Source: Octopus sinensis
Taxonomy: Eukaryota
Length of the DNA stretch: 64,000 bases
Direction: 5' to 3'
Assembly (NCBI RefSeq): GCF_006345805.1
Contig: NC_043004.1
Location: forward strand, 16,554,001-16,618,000
The position numbers and the translations under genes were made by a program. Below, one piece after another: positions 13,857 through 26,617 of this stretch. The notes beneath the pieces were generated by a model. That model did no database searches. It was not told the origin of the DNA and saw nothing but the letters and a program-made list of their open reading frames with translations. Numbering within the stretch: the first letter of the stretch is position 1; the number at the start of each line of letters is the position of its first letter.

Positions 13857-14223
13857 TAGATCTAATCATAGGTACATTAAACACTGAACCCTAGCTTACA
13901 GAAAACTCCAGCCAGCAGTAGGTATTACTATACTGGCAGGCCAGTCTACTAACTGTTTTAGAATCTAAACTGTGAGGCGTAGTTATGTGTACTTATGGTT
14001 TACATGTATCCAGATCAAACGCGTTTGGTGCCACCTTAAGAAACTGTGTGCCTTACGTACATCGTAATCGTTCAGGGATTCAACATAGTAATCATGCAAA
14101 ATTGTTTTTTGGCATAATATAATCGTAGAGATTCAGGAAACCGTTGACATTGATACCGGACTAATTACTGATAAGGGACTAATGCTAATGCCCACGTATG
14201 GCCACACTTTGTGCTGAAAATTC

Positions 14224-14392
14224 GCAAGGAGTGGCTGCGTGGTAAGTAGTTTGCTTACGATCCACATGGTTCTGGGATCAGTCCGGCTGCGTGGCACTTT
14301 GGGCAAGTATCTTCTACTACAACCTCGGGTCGACCAAAGCCTTGTCAGTGGATTTGGTTGACGAAAACTGAATGAAGCTCGTCGTATATATG

Positions 14393-14428
<36 letters not shown>

Positions 14429-14603
14429 GTGTGTGTGTGTGTTTATGTGTGTGTGTTTGTCCCTCCAACATCGCTTGACAACCGATGCTGGTGTGTTTAC
14501 GTCCCCGTAATATAGCGATTCGGCAAAATAGACCGATAGAATAAGTACTAAGCTTACAAATAATAAATCCTGGGGTCGATTTGCTCGACTAAAGGCGGTG
14601 CTC
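14224..14603 (+). mobile_element. SINE family A (tRNA head, internal microsatellite)
   Basis: ggagtggctgcgtggtaag...tgggcaagt..cttctacta...(TA/TG)n...catcgcttgacaaccgatgctgg...aaaggcggtgctc. Matches copies at 30361 and 48372. Confidence 0.88.
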
Positions 14604-15745
14604 ATCTGTGTGAAATGAAGGTCGTGGGACTGTTGAATATTTTGAAAGTCACCAATTTCACTGGTAGATAACACTAATGCACTTGTAGTAGTCTTCCTCC
14701 CAAACTGTTTTTGTGAGAAATATTATCAAAAGAAAAGTTTCTCAATAGACTTGAAATAGTACATGAAATACCCTCATATGCAATACGTGGTATAAAATAG
14801 AAACACCGTGCAACAATATTATGCTCAGATATACAAATGTGTACAACGTCGTACCCGCTTAAAGAAAATGGCGTTTTATTGCGAATAAATGAGAAACTCG
14901 ATTGATGTCAAGATTATAAAGGAGGTTGGATAAGATTTCACATCCGTGTATTAACGCTCTGTCTGTCTGTTTATATGTCTCTGTTTACCCCTCTTTTTTC
15001 CTTTTTCCTTTCTTTCTTTCTTTCTTTCTTTCTTTCAAATACTGATTGTTAGGGTGAATTGTTACGTAGATTAAGACAAATGTATTTGATTAAATTCTCA
15101 ATATCCAGTATGAGCAAAAATGGTCTGTGCTTCAGAAAATTATGCTTCTAGCATTCTGTTAGATGCCTTTATAGATATATAGTATGTGGCATCTAGAATT
15201 CCACAATGCTTTCTTACCAACAATGTAAACCTCCTGAAATTGATAACTATGTAAAATCTAAGGTTCCTTTTTTATGATATATTTTCGTAAACCAGATTTC
15301 TTGCGTTCTGTTTTAAAGAATTAACTGTATATAAATGTTAAATAATTTTATAGAATTTAACTGAATATATTTCGATTTTCTTTTGAGCGTTTTGTTCTAT
15401 AAAATGCTCTTAATTTTCAATACGGTCTCCATTTTAAGTGGACGATATCTTTATTATAAATGATCTTAAAAGCAGGAGGACATTGTGTGGTACACGCTAT
15501 ATACTCTACACGCATTAAAACATATTCACAAAGATGTACATATCTACGTATATGTATGTTTGAGTATGTATGAGTATAGTTTATTATAATATGGGTGCAT
15601 TTCCTTCCCCTCACTCTTACATAAAAATATCTGTTATTAAACAGGAGAAACTCATACATGAAATCAGCTGTTACGCCAAAGATCTCTCTGAAGTAATATA
15701 GATCTTAAATGAAAGAGATAGGAATATATATATATATATATATAG

Positions 15746-15808
<63 letters not shown>

Positions 15809-17723
15809 CACAAATTATTAGCGAAAATCGCTAGGTGCGTGCTTTAACAAGTAGCCAACATAGTATTACTTTTAGATAAGTATGTACTATATAAATTCCA
15901 CCACCATATATGTGTGTGTGTGTGAGTGTATATTTATACACACATACATATATACATACATATTTTATAGGTTTAAACAAGCATATTACGTATGTTTACT
16001 TAAATTATCTTTTCATGTCCTTGTAATTACCTTTTAATACTTGATTTTATTTTTAGTTTACAATTTATATGCATAATACTCAGCTTAAAAATCAACAAAG
16101 CCTAAGATTATGCTGGATGCCATAATCCGCTTTGTTTTTATACATATATATTCACGAAAATTTGAAGAAGTATTTGTAAAAGTTTGCAAAAGAAATAATC
16201 TTCTTTAGAAATAAAAAGAAATGCTTAAATGCTATTTTTTTCTCTTTCAGCTCTTTACTTTTATATTAAAGATTCAGCTAATCTGGAATAATACTATGTA
16301 TTGTTTTTCTGAACATTACAATTACATAATGATCTATGAATTAAAGTTTGAATAAATCCTCTGATGACTAACATGCAGCAGGTATTAGTATAGGTAAAAC
16401 TATTTTTTCTACGTACGATATAAGCCAGATAGTTCTAGAGTCTGTTATATCATTAAAAAAATTATATTTCCTTGTTAGTTTCCATGAATGTAAAAGGAAG
16501 GCAAATTAAATTTCAAAAAAGAAAACAGCCAAGTTGCCAATATTTTACATAAAGGTTCGATATTGTATGAGCCGACGAGGAAATTAATACAAAACAAAAA
16601 GAACTTAAAGACAGCGGAAAAAACAAACGAGCATTTGGTTTTTTTTTTCTTCTTTTATGAAAATCAATAAGTAATAACATAGGCTAACTGAGCCGGAAAA
16701 GTAACAGAATGTGTAACGAAGCCAATTTAATAAATGTACGTATAATACTATTTAGTAGAAACTTGTATTAAAAAATGACGTCTAGACAAAAAAGGAAATT
16801 CAAACGTGAAGTAATATTATTTGGCGCCAGATACTCTGCACACTGGCATTCCTCCAAAATTATTTTATTTCCTTCCTCCAATGTACATTTTCTGTAATTT
16901 GATATTTGTTGCTTCCTTTACTGATAAATTCTATCAGATTTTCCATTATACAAGTCAACAGAATAGTATTATTTTAAGTTTATAATTCAAGATAGAAATA
17001 AACCAGTATCACAATGTAGTAGGAATTTGGTTCAGTGACATTATTATTTTTTTTTACGTATAGCCATTCGCATTCAGAATACAGTTTCTTTCGTAACATG
17101 AGAAACATTTATTATCAGTATGTACTATTGTGCCTGTATTGTGGCAATTTGCAAGCATTCCTCGATTTCAATAATTATTTACAATTCAATCGATGATGTA
17201 GCATCTTTTTCAGGCATTTTACTAACGACGAAGAAAGCCACCTAACTACGCACGCCAATCCTCTAATTGAGCGAACGACTAGAATGTTGTTAGAAGGCAG
17301 GAAATACCGAGTTGTTCTTCATTAGATCATATATGTATTAATGTCTGAAGAAAGGAGGGAGAATTGGGTAATACATTAGCATATGTGAGAACCAATGACT
17401 GAATAGATATTACTGAATCAGAAAAGATCATGGATCTGACTTGGAGGAACATAACAAAGTCATCATTATACGAAATGCAATAGAATTTGAGAAGCAAGAC
17501 TTTTGTAAAATAGAAATACTGTTCACACAATAAATTTAGATCTTTTCAAATACATAACTAACTTGTAATAAATACAGTAAACTATGAATATTGACATGAT
17601 AAATATTAACGCAAATCATGAAAATATCCGTCTAAATGTAATCCGAAGTCAAATGTTATCCGTTTAACACGTTATGATTCTTTATATATATATTCTAAAT
17701 TGCACAAATGGGAGAGAGAAAGA

Positions 17724-17759
<36 letters not shown>

Positions 17760-18523
17760 TATTAAACATGTTAAAAATGATTAATAAAAAAAACTATTTT
17801 ATTCATTATATTCCACTGCTGTGTATTTATTACTCAGTCTGCTGAAAAGAGCAACGCTCTTAACACCATTTGAGTCATTGAGCTTAATGGAAAAGAAAGG
17901 AGTGAGTTTTTATTGAGCAGAGGCACCGAAATCAAACTGGGTGACGTATTACATGTATAACGTACACATGATGGTCATCTCTCAAGCAGGTTTCCACTCA
18001 ATTTGCTGTCTACAGATAGCAAGTTGGTCGACAAAATGCGAAAGAAGAAAGCTTTATCCGAAATTGTCGCGAAATGTGATTGATCCTAAAAGTACAATGT
18101 TTTCGTTGAACAATGTAATGCGCAGGTGTCTGTCTTCATATATTCTAGTGAACAACCACGTATAAGTAGTTTCTGTGACTTATTTTAATGGTATGACCAC
18201 GTTCCTATCAACAATAATCAGTGTCGTTTCTTTTCTTTCCCAATGTTCTTTTTAAGATTATTTATTGTATAACTAACGTCTTCATCAAATTTAAAATATA
18301 CCTTACTGTAAAAAAACAAAATGAGGAAGAAACAAACCTAATTGTATTCAGCTTACTTTTCTTAGTTGATTGCCATATCATATCATGTTCCTTTTCCTGT
18401 GGGTAAGGTACATGAAGAACAAGAGCAGCGTCTATAGTCTCTCACTCCCTTTGTGATGCAGCGTATATTCTGGTGTTACTCTCTCTCGCACCCTCTTACT
18501 TTCTCTCTCTCTCTCTCTATGTA

Positions 18524-18580
<57 letters not shown>

Positions 18581-18581
18581 G

Positions 18582-18630
<49 letters not shown>

Positions 18631-18988
18631 CTCATTTTGAGGTGTGTTGGTTGTTCTGTCTCTCTATTTAGTGAAGTATATTTTCTTATGTCTCTGATAT
18701 CATTTCTCTTCACCTGTAACTCAAAAAATATTTTCTCGTTCTTTAGCTTTTACTTCTTTATCTTACATTTCTATCTCTCTCACTCTTTCTCTTTCTCTCT
18801 CTCTCTCTCTCTCTCCCTCGCATGCATTATCTCTCAAGTTATGTATCTATTCTGCAACACTTTCGCACACAAACACACCCACACAGTGTCTATTTGTGAA
18901 GGAGAGTTCATTTTATATATATTTCTGAGTTTATTGCGGCTACGAAAATAAATAAGAGACTTTTATCTCTCACTTTTTGATAGTCAGA

Positions 18989-19130
18989 GGACAGTTTAGC
19001 TTAATTGGTAAAGCACTTGACTGGTAATCACAAGGATGTGAGTTCGAATTTCATGGCCGGCTGCTGACAAATTTTTAAACGGCGGCGCATCAGCATGGCC
19101 GCAGCTCTGAGCTGAAACTAGAGAGAAAAA
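18989..19130 (+). mobile_element. Short tRNA-Thr-like SINE
   Basis: A-box tagcttaattgg, anticodon arm cttga-ctGGTaa-tca, B-box gttcgaatt, then the tail ggcggcgcatcagcatggccgcagctctgagctgaaac. Confidence 0.7.
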
Positions 19131-19849
19131 AAGTAGTATAAGAAGACAAGGGGCTCACTCAATTCAATTAAGAACGCATGAGAAGATAAGTCCTTGTGCG
19201 CTGTCTGACAAAGTGCATTGAAGCAGAAGTCAGGGTAAAGAAGATACTTGATGGCCTTAACAGCTGTCTTCAGAAAGAACGGCCCAATAGCATACGAAGT
19301 CGTGTTTGGGGCGAAAAGTGTGGAAGTTGATGAGAACGAGTTACGGCCTCTGTCGCTAATATATATATAATTTTAACAAACTCACTGGCTAGTCGCGACA
19401 CCAGCGCCTGCTTTGACATTGTTATTATATGCAGCGTTGATGGGGGAGATGAATTACCTTTATCTCTAGCGGTCGAGTATGCTTCTTTGACAAGACCAAG
19501 AAAAGTCGAAATTATCTCGTGGTCTCCGCGCTGGAGTGGTGGGCATTTATCTCTCCGTTGATGACATAAAGAATAGTGCTTTTTGCACCAAAGCCTAGTA
19601 TGAGAATTTCTATCGTGGTGACTACCGCGTTATAGCTTGTTCTAGCTGAACATCCACATTTAAATGGGGATAAATATTATCTCTTGATATTAACACTGCC
19701 TATATCACTAATTTATACTTTTTAAACATTTACTATTGGTGTGGAACACGATGAAGGAAGAACAAGAGTAGCGTTTAAAATCTGTCTTTCACTTTATAAG
19801 CAGCATACATTTTTGCATCATACACACACATACACTCACATTTTCTCTC

Positions 19850-19892
<43 letters not shown>

Positions 19893-20796
19893 TCTCTCTC
19901 TCATTCACTCTATCTATCTATGTATTAATCTATCTATCAATCTCTCGCAATATATCGTGTTCCGTTTCATTTATTTTGTATATGCTCCTCACTCCCCCCA
20001 ACTTACCCTTTTCTTTCTTTTAGCCCTTAATGGTTTGGTATTTTAGCACAAACACTCACATCACAAATTCACATTTGATATATTATGATACTCCTGCTTA
20101 AATATGAAAATTTCGAAATTAAATTTTTGTTTCTATGGTATTATTTCATTGTTTGATCTGTAATTATTTAACGATTCACTTTAGGTTATGTATCCAAAAG
20201 ATCTTGCTTAACACACATACTAATACATCTGTTAGGCGAAGCGAAATTAATCTCGCAAATATTGTGTTTGAAGATGATCAATTACTTGGGATTTATGTGA
20301 CACAGGATAAATTTGTTTCCTTCAATATTATTCTATATGAAGTGATTAATAGCCTTGCAGTAGAATACTTATGCATATATATATATATATATATATGCAT
20401 AAAATCTATACACATGCTAGCGAACAACTTCAGCCAGTGCAAATTCAGTAAATGCTCAGAAATATATCACTCCTCGTTTTCTGTCGCGTTTCCCTGCTGG
20501 TAAATGTAAAGCAAGAAAAATGCTTACTTTAATGTTTAATAAGAATCATATGAACGAGCAAAACATTGGCTTTATATAAAGTTGGGAGTTTTGTAAATTT
20601 ATATTCATGCTTCATGTTTAATTGTAAATTGTTCTATTTTTATGAAGAATATCCTAACATTAAAACTGACTGAGTCTACATCGAAATGCTAACCACTAGT
20701 ATACTCTGGAGCAGGTTTATCTACCTCATCCATACTAATATTAAGTCCTAGCATTGGAACATAGAAATATTTTAGGTTGAGTACAGTCGAGTTCGT

Positions 20797-21062
20797 GGAG
20801 GCGCGTGGCTTAGTGGTTAGGGTGTCAGCATCATGATCGTAAGATTGTGGTTTGGATTCCTGGATCGGGCGACGCGTTGTGTTCTTGAGCAAAACACACT
20901 TCATTTCACATTGCTTCAGTCCACCTAGCTGGCAAAAATGAGTAACGCTGCGATAGACCGGCGTCCCGTCCAGCTGGGAAACACACAGGCCATTGAAACC
21001 GGGAAACCGGACACATGAGCCTAGTTAGGCTTTAAAAGGGCGCATTTATTTATTTATTTTTT
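20797..21062 (+). mobile_element. SINE family C (tRNA head, CORE-like gtgttcttgagcaaaacac)
   Basis: Head ggaggcgcgtggcttagtggttag, B-box-like ggtttggattcc and a (ttta)n tail. Related copies at ~34445, ~38820, ~39640 and ~51195. Confidence 0.82.
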
Positions 21063-21189
21063 ACAGTGGGGTTCATCAACTTTATTACTGCATACAGTAT
21101 ATCGCCCTCAAAAGAGACGTCACCACAATGTCAGAAAACCTATAATCAAGCGCCCTGGAGATTTGTTGCCACACCAACCACACCTTAAA

Positions 21190-21410
21190 ATATTGGTTTC
21201 AAATCTTAGCATCAGGTCAACAACTCCGGGAGAGAGAGTCGACTACATCGAACCCAGTTTTCAACAGGTACTTATTCCGTCGACTCCTAAAAGGACGAAT
21301 GGCAAAGTCAACCATGTCGAAATTTGAACTAAGAACGTAAACGGTGACGAAGTGCAGTTAAGATCTTGTCCAGCATGCTAACGATTCTTCTAGCCGCTTA
21401 CCTCGCCGTA
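21190..21410 (-). mobile_element. SINE family B, diverged
   Basis: gtcgactacatcgaacccag...ggcaaagtcaac...aaatttgaact. Confidence 0.7.
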
Positions 21411-23201
21411 AAATATTACATATGAAAAGAAGCCTTATAATGTTTTAAAGGTTTTCCAACTGTCTATAATCAAGTGTAAGCGATACAACAACTAAAAGTA
21501 ACTGAACACCAATTGCTAAAATTTAAGTATAGTATAGCGGTCCCAGATTTATAGGTATTTCATAAACATAATGATAGTCATCATGAAATGATAATATTTA
21601 CGAACACATGTAAATGCAAGATGTATTTCTTTTCCTTTTGTGTGTGCGTGTGTGTGTGTGTTTGGACATATTTACTGAAACCGTCACTGAAATAAAATTG
21701 ATTTTATTATGTTACTACGATAAGTTTTGTAAAGGAAGGAATAGAAAATTTTTTAAATATCTGATAATTTGCCCTCATTCCTTCAGATAAGATAAAGCTG
21801 TCAATGTTTCTGTGTATGATAATATTAAAAGAGAGTGACGTACTTTCGATACTGACGCTTGTGACAGTAAAATATTCGCTAAACTCAATGTCTATATCTA
21901 AGTAAACACACACCAACCAGTCACAAAAGGCTACAATTCTTCTTGCAGCAAGATTCAAAGTTTCATTGAAAAGTGAAATTGTATGGATATTTGGTATATA
22001 ATAAAAATGCTAGTGAGATTCCTATTATTATTCAAATAAGTTCGTTGTTTAAATGTCGTCTGTTCAATGTAACTGTATTTTATCAATACACAAATCTTAT
22101 GGTAAATAATCGGTGGGTAATTACAGAAAAGATAGAAGTTAAAACTCAGATAATCTATTATCTATTAGGACCGTGGATACTTTTGGTCTGGTAAAATGTC
22201 ACTGAATATTATTATATACAATCCACACACACGAGAATAAAATCATTTGTTGTTTTCTGAAATGTAGTAAACATGTTTGTTCCGTGAATAAGAATCCTGA
22301 GAAATTTTCTCGGCGTTAACGTGTCAGTAAAAAATACCAAAGATTTGTTATTAAGAACACCGTTACTCTATTTTATTTCCAGCAGAAAAAAGAGTGTTTA
22401 GAATAGGATTTTTTAAATAACTTTTTTATGCTCATATTTCTTCTTTGGCATCCACATATCTCAAGAAAAAATTGAGTTTTACAATACTTATCAGTCAAAA
22501 TTTTAGCTACAGTCCAACACTTTCCCAGCTATTGATGCTCTATAGTTGTTTGTATCCATAGTAACAGTTAAGTGATATCTCCAGAACGAAAGATTGGGCG
22601 ATTGTATAAAGGTCTTCGATTTCTCAACCCCAGGGATCCCCTTGCTTTCTTCCTGGTGTGACACTGATTAGTGCAAAGCAATTTAGCTACAAGACTGCTC
22701 GGAAAGTATTGAATAATGACACAAATTCCACCTCAGAATCCAATCTGGATTCATTATAATGTTTACTCCCAAGACTTTGTCTATCAACGCAGTGAGGTAG
22801 CTAGAGTTCCGTAAAACTGAAAAAAAACATATTATGCTATTGTAAGTGGAAGCTAGCTGGGTGTCGAACTCATATGAAACAGATTTATTACAACTTGAAT
22901 TAGTAACTGAAATCTCTATACACTACCTGAAAGCAACACCCCACTTATAGCTTGTTTTACTGTAAGTTATCCTAGTGTAACATATAAACAAGATACCTAG
23001 ACAGCATCAAAACGCAGAGGATTAAGAACATGCTTTCAACCACGGAGAGTAATAGATTTACATTAGTATATTTCAATATAGTCCATCGAATAACGAAATA
23101 TATTATCATTGACTGTAAAAAGCTTCATTACAATTATAATTATATCTGTCAATCTTTCTGTTAACCTATGTCTCACACACTTTATTTATCTACCTATATA
23201 A

Positions 23202-23262
<61 letters not shown>

Positions 23263-23289
23263 AGTGAGTGAGTGTCCGTGTGTGTGTAT

Positions 23290-23474
23290 TTGTGTGTCTG
23301 TGTTTGACCCCCTCCATCTCTTGACAACCGATGTTGGAGTGTTTATGTGCGGTTCGGCAAAATTAACCGATAGAAGTACTAGGCTTACAAAGAATAAGTC
23401 CAGGAGTCACTTTGTTCGACTAAAGGCGGTGCTCTAGCATGGCCATATTCAAGTGAGGGATTGAAACAAGTAAA

Positions 23475-23475
<1 letters not shown>
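23290..23475 (+). mobile_element. SINE family A, 3' half
   Basis: cttgacaaccgatgttgg...cgactaaaggcggtgctctagcatggcc...tgaaac. Confidence 0.8.
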
Positions 23476-23543
<68 letters not shown>

Positions 23544-23609
23544 GTAGAGAGAGAGATACTTATATATGTATACATATATGTGTGAGTATTTATATATATA
23601 TATACATAA

Positions 23610-23684
<75 letters not shown>

Positions 23685-24113
23685 AATGTATATATATATA
23701 TATATATCAGCAGAAAAAATATTCAGAAGCAAATATTTATATAAATATTGATATTGTTATTATTACCGAAGGCAATACAAATAGTTGATAATAACAACAA
23801 TATAGGTGGTCGAAGGCCAAAATCAGCATTGTATTGCTATAGACTCAAAAACTGTATAAATCAAAGGACACGTCAAACATTTGTGCTGAGCTGCAGAAAC
23901 ATTCGAAACGAATATCGAGAAAGAATCATAGGTGTATCAAATATTTTTACACAAATTACTATATACCTCTCTGTGGTATAATTTTTGTTCTTTACGACGG
24001 TCTCTAGACCTCCGTGAATTATAGATATTAGTATATTAGTAGATATACAATGATATGTAAACATTATAATGCAATATTATTGAAAAACACATAAGTAAAA
24101 ATAAACTGAATAA

Positions 24114-24158
<45 letters not shown>

Positions 24159-24161
<3 letters not shown>

Positions 24162-24300
24162 AGAGTTTACGAAAAAGACAAAAGACGAAGACAGGTGGTG
24201 TACAAAACAAGTAGATGTATTAGTATAACGCTTAGGAATAGAAAAAGTCTTTCACGTTTCGAGCCTACGCTCTTCTACAGAAAAAACAAGGAGAGGAAAA
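24159..24300 (-). mobile_element. Penelope-like terminal fragment with degenerate hammerhead
   Basis: The - strand reads CTGTAGA-agagc gtag gctc-GAAAC-GTG at ~24254-24281, next to (TA)n. Confidence 0.5.
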
Positions 24301-24339
<39 letters not shown>

Positions 24340-24588
24340 AAGACCATTATACAGGAGTACGTTCATGCACTATACACAGCATTTTATCGTCAAAAGGGTG
24401 TAGCAAGACTGAATCATTTGCACGAATAAATTATGGCCTCAAATGGAGAGGAGACCAAGAAATTAAATAAAGAATAAGAAATTATTAAAAGAGGGAAGCT
24501 ATTTTAAAATAATTAGAATAAAAAAGAAAGAAACAAACAAAAATGGAAAGACAGAAAGTGAACGAAAGAAAGATCGAAAGGAAGAAAA

Positions 24589-24620
<32 letters not shown>

Positions 24621-25944
24621 ATTTGAGATTATGAGAAGGAAGTATGTCAGTGAAGAAGATATAAAGTATAAAAAGAAGGGAGGACTAAAACTAAGAATGA
24701 AGAATATAGAGGTGGAAAGGATATGAGGAAGAGTATTTTTTATGTCTAAAGAGATAGAGTGACAGCAAAATGACGAAAGATTTAAAAAAAGTCGAAAGTG
24801 GCATGCCGTTCTCTGTACGAAATCTCACTGACTACAAGGAAAAGTTATAAAAAACAAGTAGTGAGAAGATGCAGGGTAAGTGAAATCTAGCATAAAAATG
24901 AAGGGAAGGTCCCTTGCATTATTTAGACGAAAAAGACCAAACTATTAACAACCTGACTTGAGATAAGTGTCTCGTATTGATTAAAAAAGGTACCAAGAGA
25001 AGCAACATACATGATGAAGTGCTATCAACAGTGGAGATGGAAACATTATATATTTTTATTGCAAGAAAGGCAATGAAATCGATCAATGTAAAGAGAGATA
25101 AAGATTTTCAAAAACTTTTTTTATAAACAACTATTAAAAAGAAAGGGAAAATTTAAGGAATGGTAAATCAAAATGAACAGAGTATAAATCTAAAATATAT
25201 GTATGCATGAATGCTGCACGAAAAAATAAAATAGATGAAATTTCTTGTCTATTGAAGATATCCTCACCGGCATGTATACAAAAGAGAAGGTGATAGAGTA
25301 AAAAAAAAATAGCTTTTGTGCCGATAAATTAAGTTCAACGTTTCTTGTAAATTATAGATGATTCCCACTTCCTATCGGATTATGTAAATGAACGTAATAA
25401 AAGTTATGATGCAAAACTTGGAAACGATGAGGAAATTCTGACACCTAAAAATAAAATCAGAAATATATAAGTCAATTTCAATAGATCGATAGGGGATAAA
25501 AAGAAAAAAAACATTTATCATATTTGTGATGGCAGTTGGTGGTTGCGAATATCTCATTTATTTAATATGATGTATTTATTCACTTTACATATCTCAACAG
25601 ATTGTCTGTAGCACATGTTGCATAAATCCCAACACCCTGGTACATATTTCCGGTCTAAATAATATGCCAGGAGATATCGTACGATATATTTTTGGCTTTC
25701 AATGACCTACGTAAGTTTATCAAACAAAGCGTCATTTTTACGCTCGATATTGGAGGATGTGATTTGTGCCAGGTAATGGCGCTTCAGATTGAAAACCCGA
25801 TGAATATTTTTACATTGCAATTATATACAACATTATAACACAAACAATGAGAGCTTAGAGGGCATTGAGGGAGTTACGCTACAATTACATTTCTTGTCAT
25901 CGCGTGTTTGGAGACAGCGTTTAATTTCTACAATAGCTATTGGT

Positions 25945-26617
25945 CATTATTATTTTTTGATGAAAGCTCTGTTTATTTACTAGTATGGAAAGTGTCAGCT
26001 GCCAACATCCAGTAAACTAAGGTGACACTTGTTTATTGATTATGCTTCAAGAACCCTGTGAAGGACTCTGGCAGTTTCAAGCAACGATTATTTTTGCGGG
26101 TATTCTATTCTTATATTTGTATCAAACTTTTTGAGTTATATTGATAGTAGAGGGCTGTTACTTTCAAGCGCGACGATCACTCTGAGTATCACACACACTT
26201 TCTTCACTGCACACATCCTGTATATTTCCAGCTTCACATCGTCATAACTGTTCTTTCTCTTCGATCATGTTGTCATCTGGACATGCTATGTCGTTTATCA
26301 GGCATGTTCTTCTTCTTTGCTGTTCACCACAACAATGTCAGTTTCCGATTTCTAATCTGATAGCCACGCTGAATCATTGCATCCCAGAGGATTTAACAAA
26401 CCTCATTCTCAGTAACTCCCATTGGGATTTGGTCTTACCAAATCTTTGATCTTTCTAGGCCATAATTTCCACAGAGTTTTCAAAGAATCATTCTTGCCAC
26501 ATTCTCACATCGTCCTTTATATTCATATTGTGCCAATTCCGGGCATTCAGTAACAATGTGCCACACTGTTTAACCCCTGTAACCACGCATTCTGCATTTG
26601 TCGCTCTCTGTTTTTAC
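25945..26617 (-). pseudogene. R4/Dong-like non-LTR retrotransposon 3' end (zinc knuckle plus restriction-like endonuclease)
   Basis: The - strand gives DKCRM..TVWHIVTECPELAQYEYK, KLCGNYGLERSK, ILWDAMIQ, INDIACPDD and TARVLHRVLEA* (stop 26040-26042). A 3' UTR follows, ending in aataataat. Confidence 0.85.

Noticed and set aside
17194-17305. Possible host exon after ttttttcag (HFTNDEESHLTTHANPLIERTTRMLLEGRKYRVVLH*)
   Set aside because: No recognisable homology or partner exons; such acceptor-like sites are common in AT-rich DNA.
18989-19062. tRNA-Thr(GGT) gene
   Set aside because: The acceptor and anticodon stems are imperfect, a GGT anticodon is atypical for eukaryotes, and it runs straight into a LINE-type tail. 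It is a SINE head.
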